Source: Candidatus Hadarchaeota archaeon | Lineage (GTDB): Archaea; CAYQAE01; CAYVLA01 | Assembly: GCA_964452145.1 (NCBI GenBank) | Contig: CAYVLA010000042.1 | Coordinates: forward strand, 114 to 26,790 | Reading direction: 5' to 3' | DNA: 26,677 nucleotides | Shown here: in pieces, positions 8,010 to 16,361 of the stretch | How positions within the stretch are numbered: position 1 is the first letter of the stretch | Layout: every line of letters starts with the position of its first letter | Made by a program: the position numbers and the translations under genes | The notes under the pieces: model-generated | What the model was told of the DNA's origin: nothing | What the model saw: the letters and a program-made list of their open reading frames with translations, nothing else | The model's database searches: none

Positions 8010-11000
8010 ATGAAGCTTGATGATCAGTTTCGTGATCCACCCTCAGAGTTTCGAGGCAAGCCCTTCTGGGCATGGAACGGCCGACTGGAAGAAGACGAGC
8101 TGCGTCGCCAGATCAGGGTTTTCAAGAGGATGGGGCTTGGAGGGGCGTTCATGCATTCAAGGGTAGGGCTCGCCACCCCCTATCTATCGGATGAGTGGTT
8201 CCGACTCGTCAGGGCTTGCGTTGACGAGGCCCGGAAGAACCGGATGGAAGCCTGGCTCTACGATGAAGATAGGTGGCCCTCGGGTGCCGCAGGCGGAATA
8301 GTCACCAAGGATCCCAGACACCGGCAGAGGGTTCTGAGGCTGAAGGTCTTGGAGCCCAGGGAGTACGAGTCGGATGGAACCGAGCTTGGGGTCTTCGTCG
8401 CTAGGATAGACGGCACCTCGGCCTATGGGGTGAGGCGGATCAACCCCAGCTGTGTTGCGGAAATTGAAGAGAAAGACAGAATTCTAGCGTTCAAGGCGGT
8501 CCCCGCCGATCCGTCTCCATGGTACAACGGGCAGACCTACCTCGACACCATGTCGGCTGAGGCCGTGAAGAGGTTCATCGAGGTAACGCACAAGTCATAT
8601 GCGCGCGAGATCGGGCGGGAGTTCGGCAAGGTCGTGCCGGGGATCTTCACAGATGAACCCAACTACGGCGGGTACGATGTCCAGCAAACGGGCGCGCACG
8701 CACCATGGACCGACGCGTTGCCCTCGGTGTTCAAGGCGAGATACGGATATGACATTCTCGATCACCTGCCCGAGATATTCTACTTCGTTGAGGGCAGGGA
8801 GTTTTCCAAGGTCCGATACGATTACCGAGATTGTCTGACCCATCTGTTCGTGCATTCCTTTGCCGAGCAGATCGGGTCATTCTGCGACAACAACGGCCTG
8901 CTCTTCACTGGCCATGTCCTGGCTGAGGAGAATCTCTTGAGCCAGACCTCCGTCGTGGGAAACGCCATGAGATTCTACGAGTATATGCAGGCGCCGGGCA
9001 TAGACATCCTCAAGGGCGAGATCCTCACCCGACCTGGAGGAGCGGCCCCCGAGCTTGCGACGGCCAAGCAGTGCAGCTCGGTTCAGCACCAGTTCGCACG
9101 GAGGTGGATGTTGAGCGAGTTGTATGGTTGCACTGGATGGCAGTTTACCTTCGCCGAACATAAGGCGGTCGGGGACTGGCAGGCTGCCCTCGGGGTGAAC
9201 CTGAGATGCCAGCACCTTTCCTACTACACAATGCTTGGGCCCGCGAAGCGGGACTATCCCGCCTCCATATCTTTCCAGTCTCCGTGGTGGCGGGAATACG
9301 CCTACGTGGAGGACTACTTCGCCAGGGTAGGAGTCGTGATGACCCAGGGTGAGCCGATCCGGGACATCGCCGTCATACATCCGATCGAGAGTGCTTGGGG
9401 ACTCTTCTGCGGTCGTTTCCGCGATTGTCCGGCGCTGTGGGATCTGAACTCCAAGTTCGAGGCTCTCCAGGACGTAATGCTGCGCGAACACTTCGACTTC
9501 GACTATGTGGATGAGGAGATGCTGGGCCGTCACGGAAGGATTAGGAGGGGGGGACTCGTGGTTGCCAAGGCGTCCTACCGGGTAGTCGTGGTTCCACCCG
9601 CTCTCACGTTGAGATCCTCGACGCTTGCCATCCTGAATAGGCTCATCAAGGCAAGGGTGCCCGTCGTGTTCGTTTCACCAATTCCCACCAGAGTGGATGC
9701 CGTGCCAAGTGATGAGACAGCCAAGCTCGCCTCCGTCACAACCATCGTGGAACTGGATCGCGAACAGATCTGCAAGGCTCTTTCCGATCTTGGTGTCGTC
9801 CGTCGGATTTCGATCAAGACTCAGGACGGCAAGGAGTATCCTGACTCCTTCTATATGCTGAGGCACGATAAGAGAACGGGAAGATACCTGACCTTCATCT
9901 GCCACACGGTCCAAGACAGGTCCTCCGGTCCGCTAGTGGTCACGATGCCCGGTGAAGGTCAGGTCCAGGAATGGGATCCAATCAAGGGGGAGATCTTCCT
10001 TGCCGATTCTGATCGGCGAACCGGATCGGTGGAGATTCGCACCCACATGCCTGGATGCGGAAGCAGGATCTTCGTCGTCGATCCCAAGCCACGAGCTGCC
10101 AAGTCCAGGGAATCGCTAAAAGAGGTGCGGAGGGAGGCCGTTGCCTTGCGGCGATGGCCGGTGCTCCGTGACGAGCCGAACGCTATGCCCCTGGATTCGG
10201 GCGAGTACTCCATTCAGGGAGGCGAATGGAAGGGGCCTCTTGAGGTCTTGAAGATGGACCGGGCGATCAGGGATGCCATCGGCCTTCCCCACAGAGGTGG
10301 CAGAATGGTCCAGCCGTGGGCAAGCGAGCCGGAAGCGGGAACGAAGGCAATCGAAATCTCCGTTAGATTTTCCTTTGACGTGGAATGCATTCCCCCTGGT
10401 CCTTGCCACCTCGTGATGGAGAAGCCCGAGGACTACACCATAAGGCTGAACGGGAAGGATCTTCCCCGCGATCAGGATGAGGGATGGTGGATCGACAATT
10501 CCTTCAGACGGATCAGGGTCCCGCCGAGCTACTTCAGGCATGGCCGGAACGAGATAGTCTTGGCGACATCATACGGACCTGCCCATGGGCTGGAGAGCCT
10601 TTACCTCACGGGCGAGTTCGGCGTTAGGCGAGAGGGAAGGCGTTTCGTAATCTGCGAGCTTCCTGTCTCGCTGAAGCTGGGCGATTGGACCGATCAGGGC
10701 TTCCCCTGCTACAGCGGTAGCATGACCTACGTCGCCGAGGTCGATATCACCCCTACAAGGGGAGAGAGGGTGTTTCTCGAGCTTCCGAGCTGGGAAGGCG
10801 TGCTCTCGAAGATAAGGGTCAATGGCGAGTCTGCTGGATTCATTGCTTGGCCGCCCTGGGAGATCGAGGTTACGTGCTGCCTAGTGCCGGGTAGAAGTAG
10901 AGTCGAAATCGAAATCGTAGGTAGCAGGCGCAACCTTCTGGGTCCCCTGCATCTGACCGAGACCTATCCGGCGTGGACGGGCCCAGCCCAGTTTGAGACC

Positions 11001-11084
11001 TCCGGCGACATGTGGACCGACGAATACGTCAAGGTCCCCTACGGGCTGATGAAGCCTCCTGCATTCTCCATTCGAAAGGCATGA
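8010..11084 (+). CDS. Glycoside hydrolase, GH106 (alpha-L-rhamnosidase-like) family
   Basis: PFWAWNG, GLGGAFMHSR.GL, WLYDEDRWPSG, FTDEP, GHVLAEE, PGIDIL, SELYG and RDYPAS motifs, with C-terminal beta-sandwich domains. Start ATG 8010 follows GGGAGG; ATATAAG at 7954-7960. No signal peptide. Confidence 0.75.
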   Translation: MKLDDQFRDPPSEFRGKPFWAWNGRLEEDELRRQIRVFKRMGLGGAFMHSRVGLATPYLSDEWFRLVRACVDEARKNRMEAWLYDEDRWPSGAAGGIVTKDPRHRQRVLRLKVLEPREYESDGTELGVFVARIDGTSAYGVRRINPSCVAEIEEKDRILAFKAVPADPSPWYNGQTYLDTMSAEAVKRFIEVTHKSYAREIGREFGKVVPGIFTDEPNYGGYDVQQTGAHAPWTDALPSVFKARYGYDILDHLPEIFYFVEGREFSKVRYDYRDCLTHLFVHSFAEQIGSFCDNNGLLFTGHVLAEENLLSQTSVVGNAMRFYEYMQAPGIDILKGEILTRPGGAAPELATAKQCSSVQHQFARRWMLSELYGCTGWQFTFAEHKAVGDWQAALGVNLRCQHLSYYTMLGPAKRDYPASISFQSPWWREYAYVEDYFARVGVVMTQGEPIRDIAVIHPIESAWGLFCGRFRDCPALWDLNSKFEALQDVMLREHFDFDYVDEEMLGRHGRIRRGGLVVAKASYRVVVVPPALTLRSSTLAILNRLIKARVPVVFVSPIPTRVDAVPSDETAKLASVTTIVELDREQICKALSDLGVVRRISIKTQDGKEYPDSFYMLRHDKRTGRYLTFICHTVQDRSSGPLVVTMPGEGQVQEWDPIKGEIFLADSDRRTGSVEIRTHMPGCGSRIFVVDPKPRAAKSRESLKEVRREAVALRRWPVLRDEPNAMPLDSGEYSIQGGEWKGPLEVLKMDRAIRDAIGLPHRGGRMVQPWASEPEAGTKAIEISVRFSFDVECIPPGPCHLVMEKPEDYTIRLNGKDLPRDQDEGWWIDNSFRRIRVPPSYFRHGRNEIVLATSYGPAHGLESLYLTGEFGVRREGRRFVICELPVSLKLGDWTDQGFPCYSGSMTYVAEVDITPTRGERVFLELPSWEGVLSKIRVNGESAGFIAWPPWEIEVTCCLVPGRSRVEIEIVGSRRNLLGPLHLTETYPAWTGPAQFETSGDMWTDEYVKVPYGLMKPPAFSIRKA

Positions 11085-11242
11085 CCAACTAGGGCTCAGC
11101 AGTGCGCACGACCTCCGAGTCTATGCGAGCTGTCAGGCTTGCGTCGTTTGTAACGTTCACAGCATAGAGCGGAGGGATTTGGGATTGTGAGATAGAGCTG
11201 GACGAGGGAAGAGATTTCACTACGTAGGATGTCACCCTATCC

Positions 11243-12220
11243 ATGGGTAGTATACTGCTCAAGGAGAGCATCAACCAGCCCACCGAGCGTTTCCCAAAGT
11301 GCCATTGCTCCACCATTGTTGAGCTGCCCAGCGGCGACCTCCTAGCAGCATGGTATGCGGGCTCAGGAGAGGCGAGGCCGGATGTGGCCGTGGTCTCGTC
11401 AAGGAAGCCTAGGGGAAGCAATACGTGGGAGCCCTTACATGTCATCTCCGATACCCCAGGAAAGCCAGAGGGCAACTGCGTCCTATTCGTTGCCCCCCAC
11501 GGAAAGCTGTGGGTGTTCTTCGCAGTGATTCACGGCAGGCTAGACGGCCCTCCCGGACCCGGCGTGCGCTGGGCAACGTGCGACCTTAGATGCAAGACCA
11601 GCTTGGATGAGGGAAGGACCTGGTCTCCCACCCGGATCCTCAGGGAGGAGCTGGGCATGGTGCCCCGCTGCAAGCCAGTAGTATTGGACAATGGCGACAT
11701 CATTATGGGATTTGAACACAAAGACGGACACTCCTACTTCATGATCAGTTCCGATCTGGGCGACGGCTGGTCCTGGACAGGGCCGGTCCTGGGGGTACCA
11801 AACGAGCATCCCACCATCATACAGCGAGAAGATCGATCATTGCTCGCTCTGTTGCGGCCATCCTTCTTCAGAAGGATAGCGAAGACCAGCTCATCCGACC
11901 GGGGTCGCACCTGGCATGAGGCCGTCAACACCGAGCTTCCCAACCCCGGGGCCGCCATCGATATGGTGAAGCTCTCCGATGGCAGGGTGGTTCTTGCATT
12001 CAACGATTCCCCCCATTCCAGGAATCCACTGAGCCTTGCCCTGAGCGAGGACGAGGGCGAGAGCTGGCCGTACATGCGCGACCTCGTCACCGGCCAGGGT
12101 GGCTTTGACTACCCGGCCATTATACAGGACCGCGCGGGAATGCTGCACTTGACCCACACCAATAGCAGGAGAACCATCGATCACATCGTTCTGGAGCCGG
12201 ATTGGATAATGGGCGATTAA
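11243..12220 (+). CDS. BNR/Asp-box beta-propeller, exo-alpha-sialidase-like protein
   Basis: Asp boxes SLDEGRTW, SSDLGDGW, SSDRGRTW and SEDEGESW; N-terminal H.STIVELP.GDLLAAWY.G..E; RNPL and YP.IIQ. Confidence 0.85.
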   Translation: MGSILLKESINQPTERFPKCHCSTIVELPSGDLLAAWYAGSGEARPDVAVVSSRKPRGSNTWEPLHVISDTPGKPEGNCVLFVAPHGKLWVFFAVIHGRLDGPPGPGVRWATCDLRCKTSLDEGRTWSPTRILREELGMVPRCKPVVLDNGDIIMGFEHKDGHSYFMISSDLGDGWSWTGPVLGVPNEHPTIIQREDRSLLALLRPSFFRRIAKTSSSDRGRTWHEAVNTELPNPGAAIDMVKLSDGRVVLAFNDSPHSRNPLSLALSEDEGESWPYMRDLVTGQGGFDYPAIIQDRAGMLHLTHTNSRRTIDHIVLEPDWIMGD

Positions 12221-12537
12221 GACCGGCCCTCTCTTTCACGGTGCCCGCGGCGGTCGAGGATGATCTTGGTGGCCGGAACGTTGTCGACTGGCTTGGACAC
12301 CAGTCTCTGCAAACGGCTTCGAGAGCGTTGGTCCAAGGATCCCGGAAGGTTGCGGTTGCGCGGCTGTCTCCCGGAGGCGGGGACCTCACTCCATAGGTAC
12401 GCCGGCGTTCTCCAGCTTGATGGAGCGATCCATGACGGAGGCCACGTCGAGGAGCAGCAGCGCCTGATCCTCGTCCCAGCAAGTCGTCAGATCTGGGCGA
12501 GGGAACCCCCCTTGGCTCGACCGGACTCAGCAACGCT

Positions 12538-13035
12538 CTACTCCAAGAGCAACAGACCGTAGTAGTTGGTCTCCTGGCTTCTGGAGTTGACGACCTCGAT
12601 CGGGAGACCGGCGCCCCTGGCGGTACCGTAGACGTCGATTCCTGATGCCTCCATGGAAGGCCGGGCCTCACGGGGATGGCGGCAGCGTTCTTTCACGTTG
12701 CACTCGGAGCAAAGGTTGCATGGTCCTGATGCAAAGGCGAAGGCTTTGTAGTAGCCCTGAAGGAAGGCGAATCTCTCAAGTTCAGACATCATCTTCCTCG
12801 CGCCCTCCCAGGGTCCTTTCCTGTGGACCAGTATGGCCTTGTCGTATTCCGAGAGAATCCTGGAGGTCTGCTCGGGAGTCGGGGCATACGGTGGACATGT
12901 GAGGTTCTTCCCCCAGCTTCCACACCCGAACTGGCACTTCAGTCGAACCCAGTTGGCCACAACGACTTCTCGGGTGCCGATCACGACCGCCTTGGTCGCT
13001 CCCAGTTCCTGTGCCTTGCTCAGGATCTCTTGCAT
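12538..13035 (-). CDS. DUF2284 family Cys-rich metal-binding protein
   Basis: RLKCQFGC..WG....CPP, GPCNLCSEC and RPSMEASGIDV motifs. Confidence 0.85.
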   Translation of the reverse strand: MQEILSKAQELGATKAVVIGTREVVVANWVRLKCQFGCGSWGKNLTCPPYAPTPEQTSRILSEYDKAILVHRKGPWEGARKMMSELERFAFLQGYYKAFAFASGPCNLCSECNVKERCRHPREARPSMEASGIDVYGTARGAGLPIEVVNSRSQETNYYGLLLLE

Positions 13036-13430
13036 GTAGATTCAGGAAGCAGGGTTGCTTATGGCTTTTACGTCTCGGTTTGCGGGGCTCTCACGGAGAT
13101 CGCCGATCTGTCTCAGCCCATTCCCAAGCGCCTCAGTTCACTCGAGAACGGGCGGATTCCTGCCACCGTAAGTATGAGGGGCGATGAGTGATTGGAGGTG
13201 GCCATGTCAACATGCCCAGGAAGACGAGCGGAAGGATGACAATGACTGCCCATGCCAGAACGATGGCACGCAACCCCTTGATCCTCCATCTCTTGAGGAG
13301 ATCGTAGAGGGAACCCCGGGGACCCAAGCCATGAAGGGGCAAGCAATGCGTTCATTAATAGCTCCCATCTCAAAGGTCAGAATCGGTGGAGCATACCCTA
13401 TCTGGACGTGGGGCAGACGACAGGGTCGAT

Positions 13431-14555
13431 CTACGCCACTAGGGAAAGGTTCCCGATTCTAACCCGGCTCAGCCCAGCGGACAAGGCCGCGCGCCGACAC
13501 TCCCGCACGTAGTCTCTTGTACACATCGGGAGGTCGGACATCAAGTAGCAGGGGTGGTACGCCAGCAATGAGTAGGGGATCGTCGGATCGACTTCAGCTA
13601 TCATGCGAGCGAGGCATCCCACCTCGGCCGCATCTACGTAGCCTGGAATCATCAGGGTCGAGGCCCTCAGAAAAGCCGGGTCGGTTCTCTCCTGGTTCAG
13701 CGACCCAAGGCTCCTGAAGTTGTCCAGGACCTGCCTGTTGGACGCCCCGCAGATGGCCTCGTTAAGGTGAGGATTCATGAACTTGAGGTCGAACTTCATC
13801 CCTCCCCCGGTGACGAGGCTCACCTCTGCCATGGGTTTGAGAAACCTGGGCTCTATGTTGCCGTTTGTCTCGAGGCATATTCTGAGTATGCGGTTTCCCT
13901 TCTCCTCTGCCATCCGGGTGGATGCGGACAGGACGAACTCCATCTGAGAGCTTGGGCATCCGCCGAACCAGCAGAGGCACGTATAGCTGGGGTCCTCAAG
14001 CACTCTGCGTGCCAGTTTTCGATCAGAAATGACAGGTTTTCTCTCGGCCACCATACGCCTCCATGATTCCGCATTCTGACAGAAAAGGCAGTGGTAGGTA
14101 CAACTGCCCAGAAAGACCGCGGCATTGCACCATCCCCTTTCAGCTCCCGGCGAGACCGAGTAGGTCGGATAGCCAGCGTGGCTTCCGCCGGCGCAGCACC
14201 ATGACGCCACGCAGTTGGTAGGGTGCGGATCCTTGTAGCAGCTGACCAATCCCTCTCCTTTGGCCAGCAAGCTCCGTACAGCTCTGCCCTCGCGGTTGGA
14301 GTAGAGGCCGCAGAAACCCAGCTCCCCGATTCCGAGCTCACAGCGATTCGGACACAGATCACACACAGTCCCCTTCGATGATCGAGGAATTGACCCGGGG
14401 AGTCCCAGTTCCAAGCGGGATGAAGCGTGCAAACCGCGCAACATCGGCAGAGCCCGATCCGGATGTGCCTTGATACAGGGCCCGCAGATGCCGAGTCGGG
14501 AAGAGATCAGAGGGTGTTGGCGCCCGCAGATCCGGCAGAGCCCCGTGCCGATCAC
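13431..14555 (-). CDS. Radical SAM protein, PflA/AmmeMemoRadiSam-like (archaeal type)
   Basis: CxxxCxxC motif (CTYHCLFC), N-terminal CRIC..CGPC and CDLCPNRC..FCG clusters, ETNG, KFDLK and STLMIPGY. Confidence 0.88.
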   Translation of the reverse strand: MIGTGLCRICGRQHPLISSRLGICGPCIKAHPDRALPMLRGLHASSRLELGLPGSIPRSSKGTVCDLCPNRCELGIGELGFCGLYSNREGRAVRSLLAKGEGLVSCYKDPHPTNCVASWCCAGGSHAGYPTYSVSPGAERGWCNAAVFLGSCTYHCLFCQNAESWRRMVAERKPVISDRKLARRVLEDPSYTCLCWFGGCPSSQMEFVLSASTRMAEEKGNRILRICLETNGNIEPRFLKPMAEVSLVTGGGMKFDLKFMNPHLNEAICGASNRQVLDNFRSLGSLNQERTDPAFLRASTLMIPGYVDAAEVGCLARMIAEVDPTIPYSLLAYHPCYLMSDLPMCTRDYVRECRRAALSAGLSRVRIGNLSLVA

Positions 14556-14821
14556 GCCTCCCTGGACCGTTCCTTCGCTTCATCTGGCTTTTCGTCGCCA
14601 AGCCCCGGTCTGGAACAGCGATACTCCTCTGAAAGGGCCACCAGATATCTGCATGTTCGGCACGATTCCGGGATGGGTTCGCCTGGACACGAGGCGGGAA
14701 TCTTGACAGGTCGAGTCTTCGACATGATTCGCATCCAGATAAATACCGTGATCATGGCTATCGCTGCGAGGATGAGGATTCCGGCGATCACCTGAAGCAT
14801 TGAGACTAGGGTTCCCGTCAA
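14552..14821 (-). CDS. Small membrane protein with C-terminal Cys cluster
   Basis: One TM helix followed by C..CRTC..C. Its stop overlaps the radical SAM start (GTGA at 14552-14555), and GGTGA SD lies upstream. Confidence 0.6.
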   Translation of the reverse strand: MTGTLVSMLQVIAGILILAAIAMITVFIWMRIMSKTRPVKIPASCPGEPIPESCRTCRYLVALSEEYRCSRPGLGDEKPDEAKERSREA

Positions 14822-14876
14822 TCCGGCCTCACCCCTGAGGGAACTGCTCTGTCCAGTCTTCTCGGAGGACCGAGGT

Positions 14877-16250
14877 TCAAGACACGACGGGGTAGCTGGC
14901 CGCTCGCCACGCCTTCATCCCTCCCATCACCGGGTACACCTCGCTCCAACCCTTTGAGCGGAGAATGCTCGCGGCCAAACTGGCTCGGTTTCCCGAACTG
15001 CATATGGTCGCCACGCGACGGTCCCGGGGAACATCGGCGATGCGCTGGGGCAATTCGCCGAGGAAGATGTTCATCGCTCCGGGTATGTGTCCTTCTTGCC
15101 ACTCTCCGCGTGACCTAGTGTCCAGAATAGCATAACCGTTCCCACCCGCACCCAGCTCCTGGACGGTAATAAGTTCGCTGCGATCAACAGGCCAAGCCTC
15201 TTCGACCCAAGCTGCCAGTCCGCAGGATTCGGCTCCGCTGCAAAGGTACCCTGCCACGTTGTCGAACCCCAATCTCGCCAGATACCTAGCCGCGAGTCCA
15301 TCGTATGATCTGTCGGACAGCACGAGAACGATGGGGCGATCATGGGGCAGGAACCACCCCGCCTGTGTGGGTAGACCCGGGATCCAGATGTTCAAAGATC
15401 CTTTGATGTGCGCTCCTGCAAAGCACTGGTAGTTGCGAGTGTCCGCAATTGTCGCCCCCTGGTCCAGGAGTTCGCTGACATAGGCGGGCTCCAGCGGTCT
15501 TGGCACAGCTAGACGTCCCAAAATCGGGGGCCCCTCAAGGTTCAGCTTCTCCATCACGTCGAAGTAGGGAGGGCGGGGGTAAGAATCGGTGGACTTAGCA
15601 TTTACGAACGCCTCTCTCTCCATCTGGAGCATCGGATTCAGCTTACGCTCCAATCCAACGGTGCTCTCCTCCCTCGCGCTTAAGGCTGCGCCACAGAGAG
15701 ACCCCATGCTGTGGGCCGGGCAGACGATGGTCGCGTCTCCCAGAGGGAGAAGCTTCTCAAAAATCGACTCGTAGAGAGCTTCGGCCAAGCGAGGCTGCTC
15801 GGTCCTACCAAGGAGGTCGGTGCGTCCCACATCTCCGACGAAGAGACAGTCACCGGTGAAGACCATCACGGGCTCATGTCGGTGCTCTTGCTCGGACAGG
15901 ACGTAGGACATGCTCTCATACGTGTGGCCGGGTGTATGAATGGCCCGTAGTTCCAGCTCCCCGATGGTAAGGGCCTCGCCGTCTGCTATGGTGTGACCGA
16001 ATCCAAAAGGCAGCCTTCCTCCGTGGTAGATCTCCGCGCCCGTCAGGCTGGACAGCTCGGGCGATCCGGTCACGTAGTCCTCGTTTCGATGCGTTTCCAA
16101 GATGTACTTGATCGCAAGATCATGCTCTCTGGCAATCTCGATGTAGCCATCACAGTCCCGCCTAGGGTCGATGACAACAGCCTCGTTACCGGACCCTAGG
16201 AGATAGGAGATGTGGGACAAACCCTCCGATCTTACTCTCTGCAGTATCAT
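14877..16250 (-). CDS. MBL-fold metallohydrolase fused to two rhodanese domains (persulfide dioxygenase-like)
   Basis: VIDPRRD, ETHRNEDY, HTPGHT, FTGD.LFVGDVGRTDL and PAH..GS.CG; rhodanese motifs GAHIKGS, GHIPGA and CSSGNR. Start reassigned to ATG 16250. Confidence 0.9.
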   Translation of the reverse strand: MILQRVRSEGLSHISYLLGSGNEAVVIDPRRDCDGYIEIAREHDLAIKYILETHRNEDYVTGSPELSSLTGAEIYHGGRLPFGFGHTIADGEALTIGELELRAIHTPGHTYESMSYVLSEQEHRHEPVMVFTGDCLFVGDVGRTDLLGRTEQPRLAEALYESIFEKLLPLGDATIVCPAHSMGSLCGAALSAREESTVGLERKLNPMLQMEREAFVNAKSTDSYPRPPYFDVMEKLNLEGPPILGRLAVPRPLEPAYVSELLDQGATIADTRNYQCFAGAHIKGSLNIWIPGLPTQAGWFLPHDRPIVLVLSDRSYDGLAARYLARLGFDNVAGYLCSGAESCGLAAWVEEAWPVDRSELITVQELGAGGNGYAILDTRSRGEWQEGHIPGAMNIFLGELPQRIADVPRDRRVATICSSGNRASLAASILRSKGWSEVYPVMGGMKAWRAASYPVVS

Positions 16251-16361
16251 GACCTTTACCCGACTAGGCACATCCGGCGGGAAAGAAAAAGGGTTGCACA
16301 CGCCGTCCAGTTTGTCCGAGATGGGAACTGTATCAATGAATCTGAAGACGGAGGCCGCCAG

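Noticed and set aside
8595..10933. Multiple antisense or alternative-frame ORFs inside the GH106-like gene (and similar ones in other long genes)
   Set aside because: These are expected shadow ORFs in high-GC coding DNA and carry no motifs.
12221..12537. Coding-like minus-strand fragments (DEDQALLLLDVASVMDRSIKLE; LQRLVSKPVDNVPATKIILDRR)
   Set aside because: Possibly a gene remnant, but it has no clear start and no recognisable family.
13113..13400. Short overlapping minus-strand ORFs, one with a hydrophobic helix
   Set aside because: Could be a decayed membrane gene, but the frame and start are ambiguous and there is no motif support.
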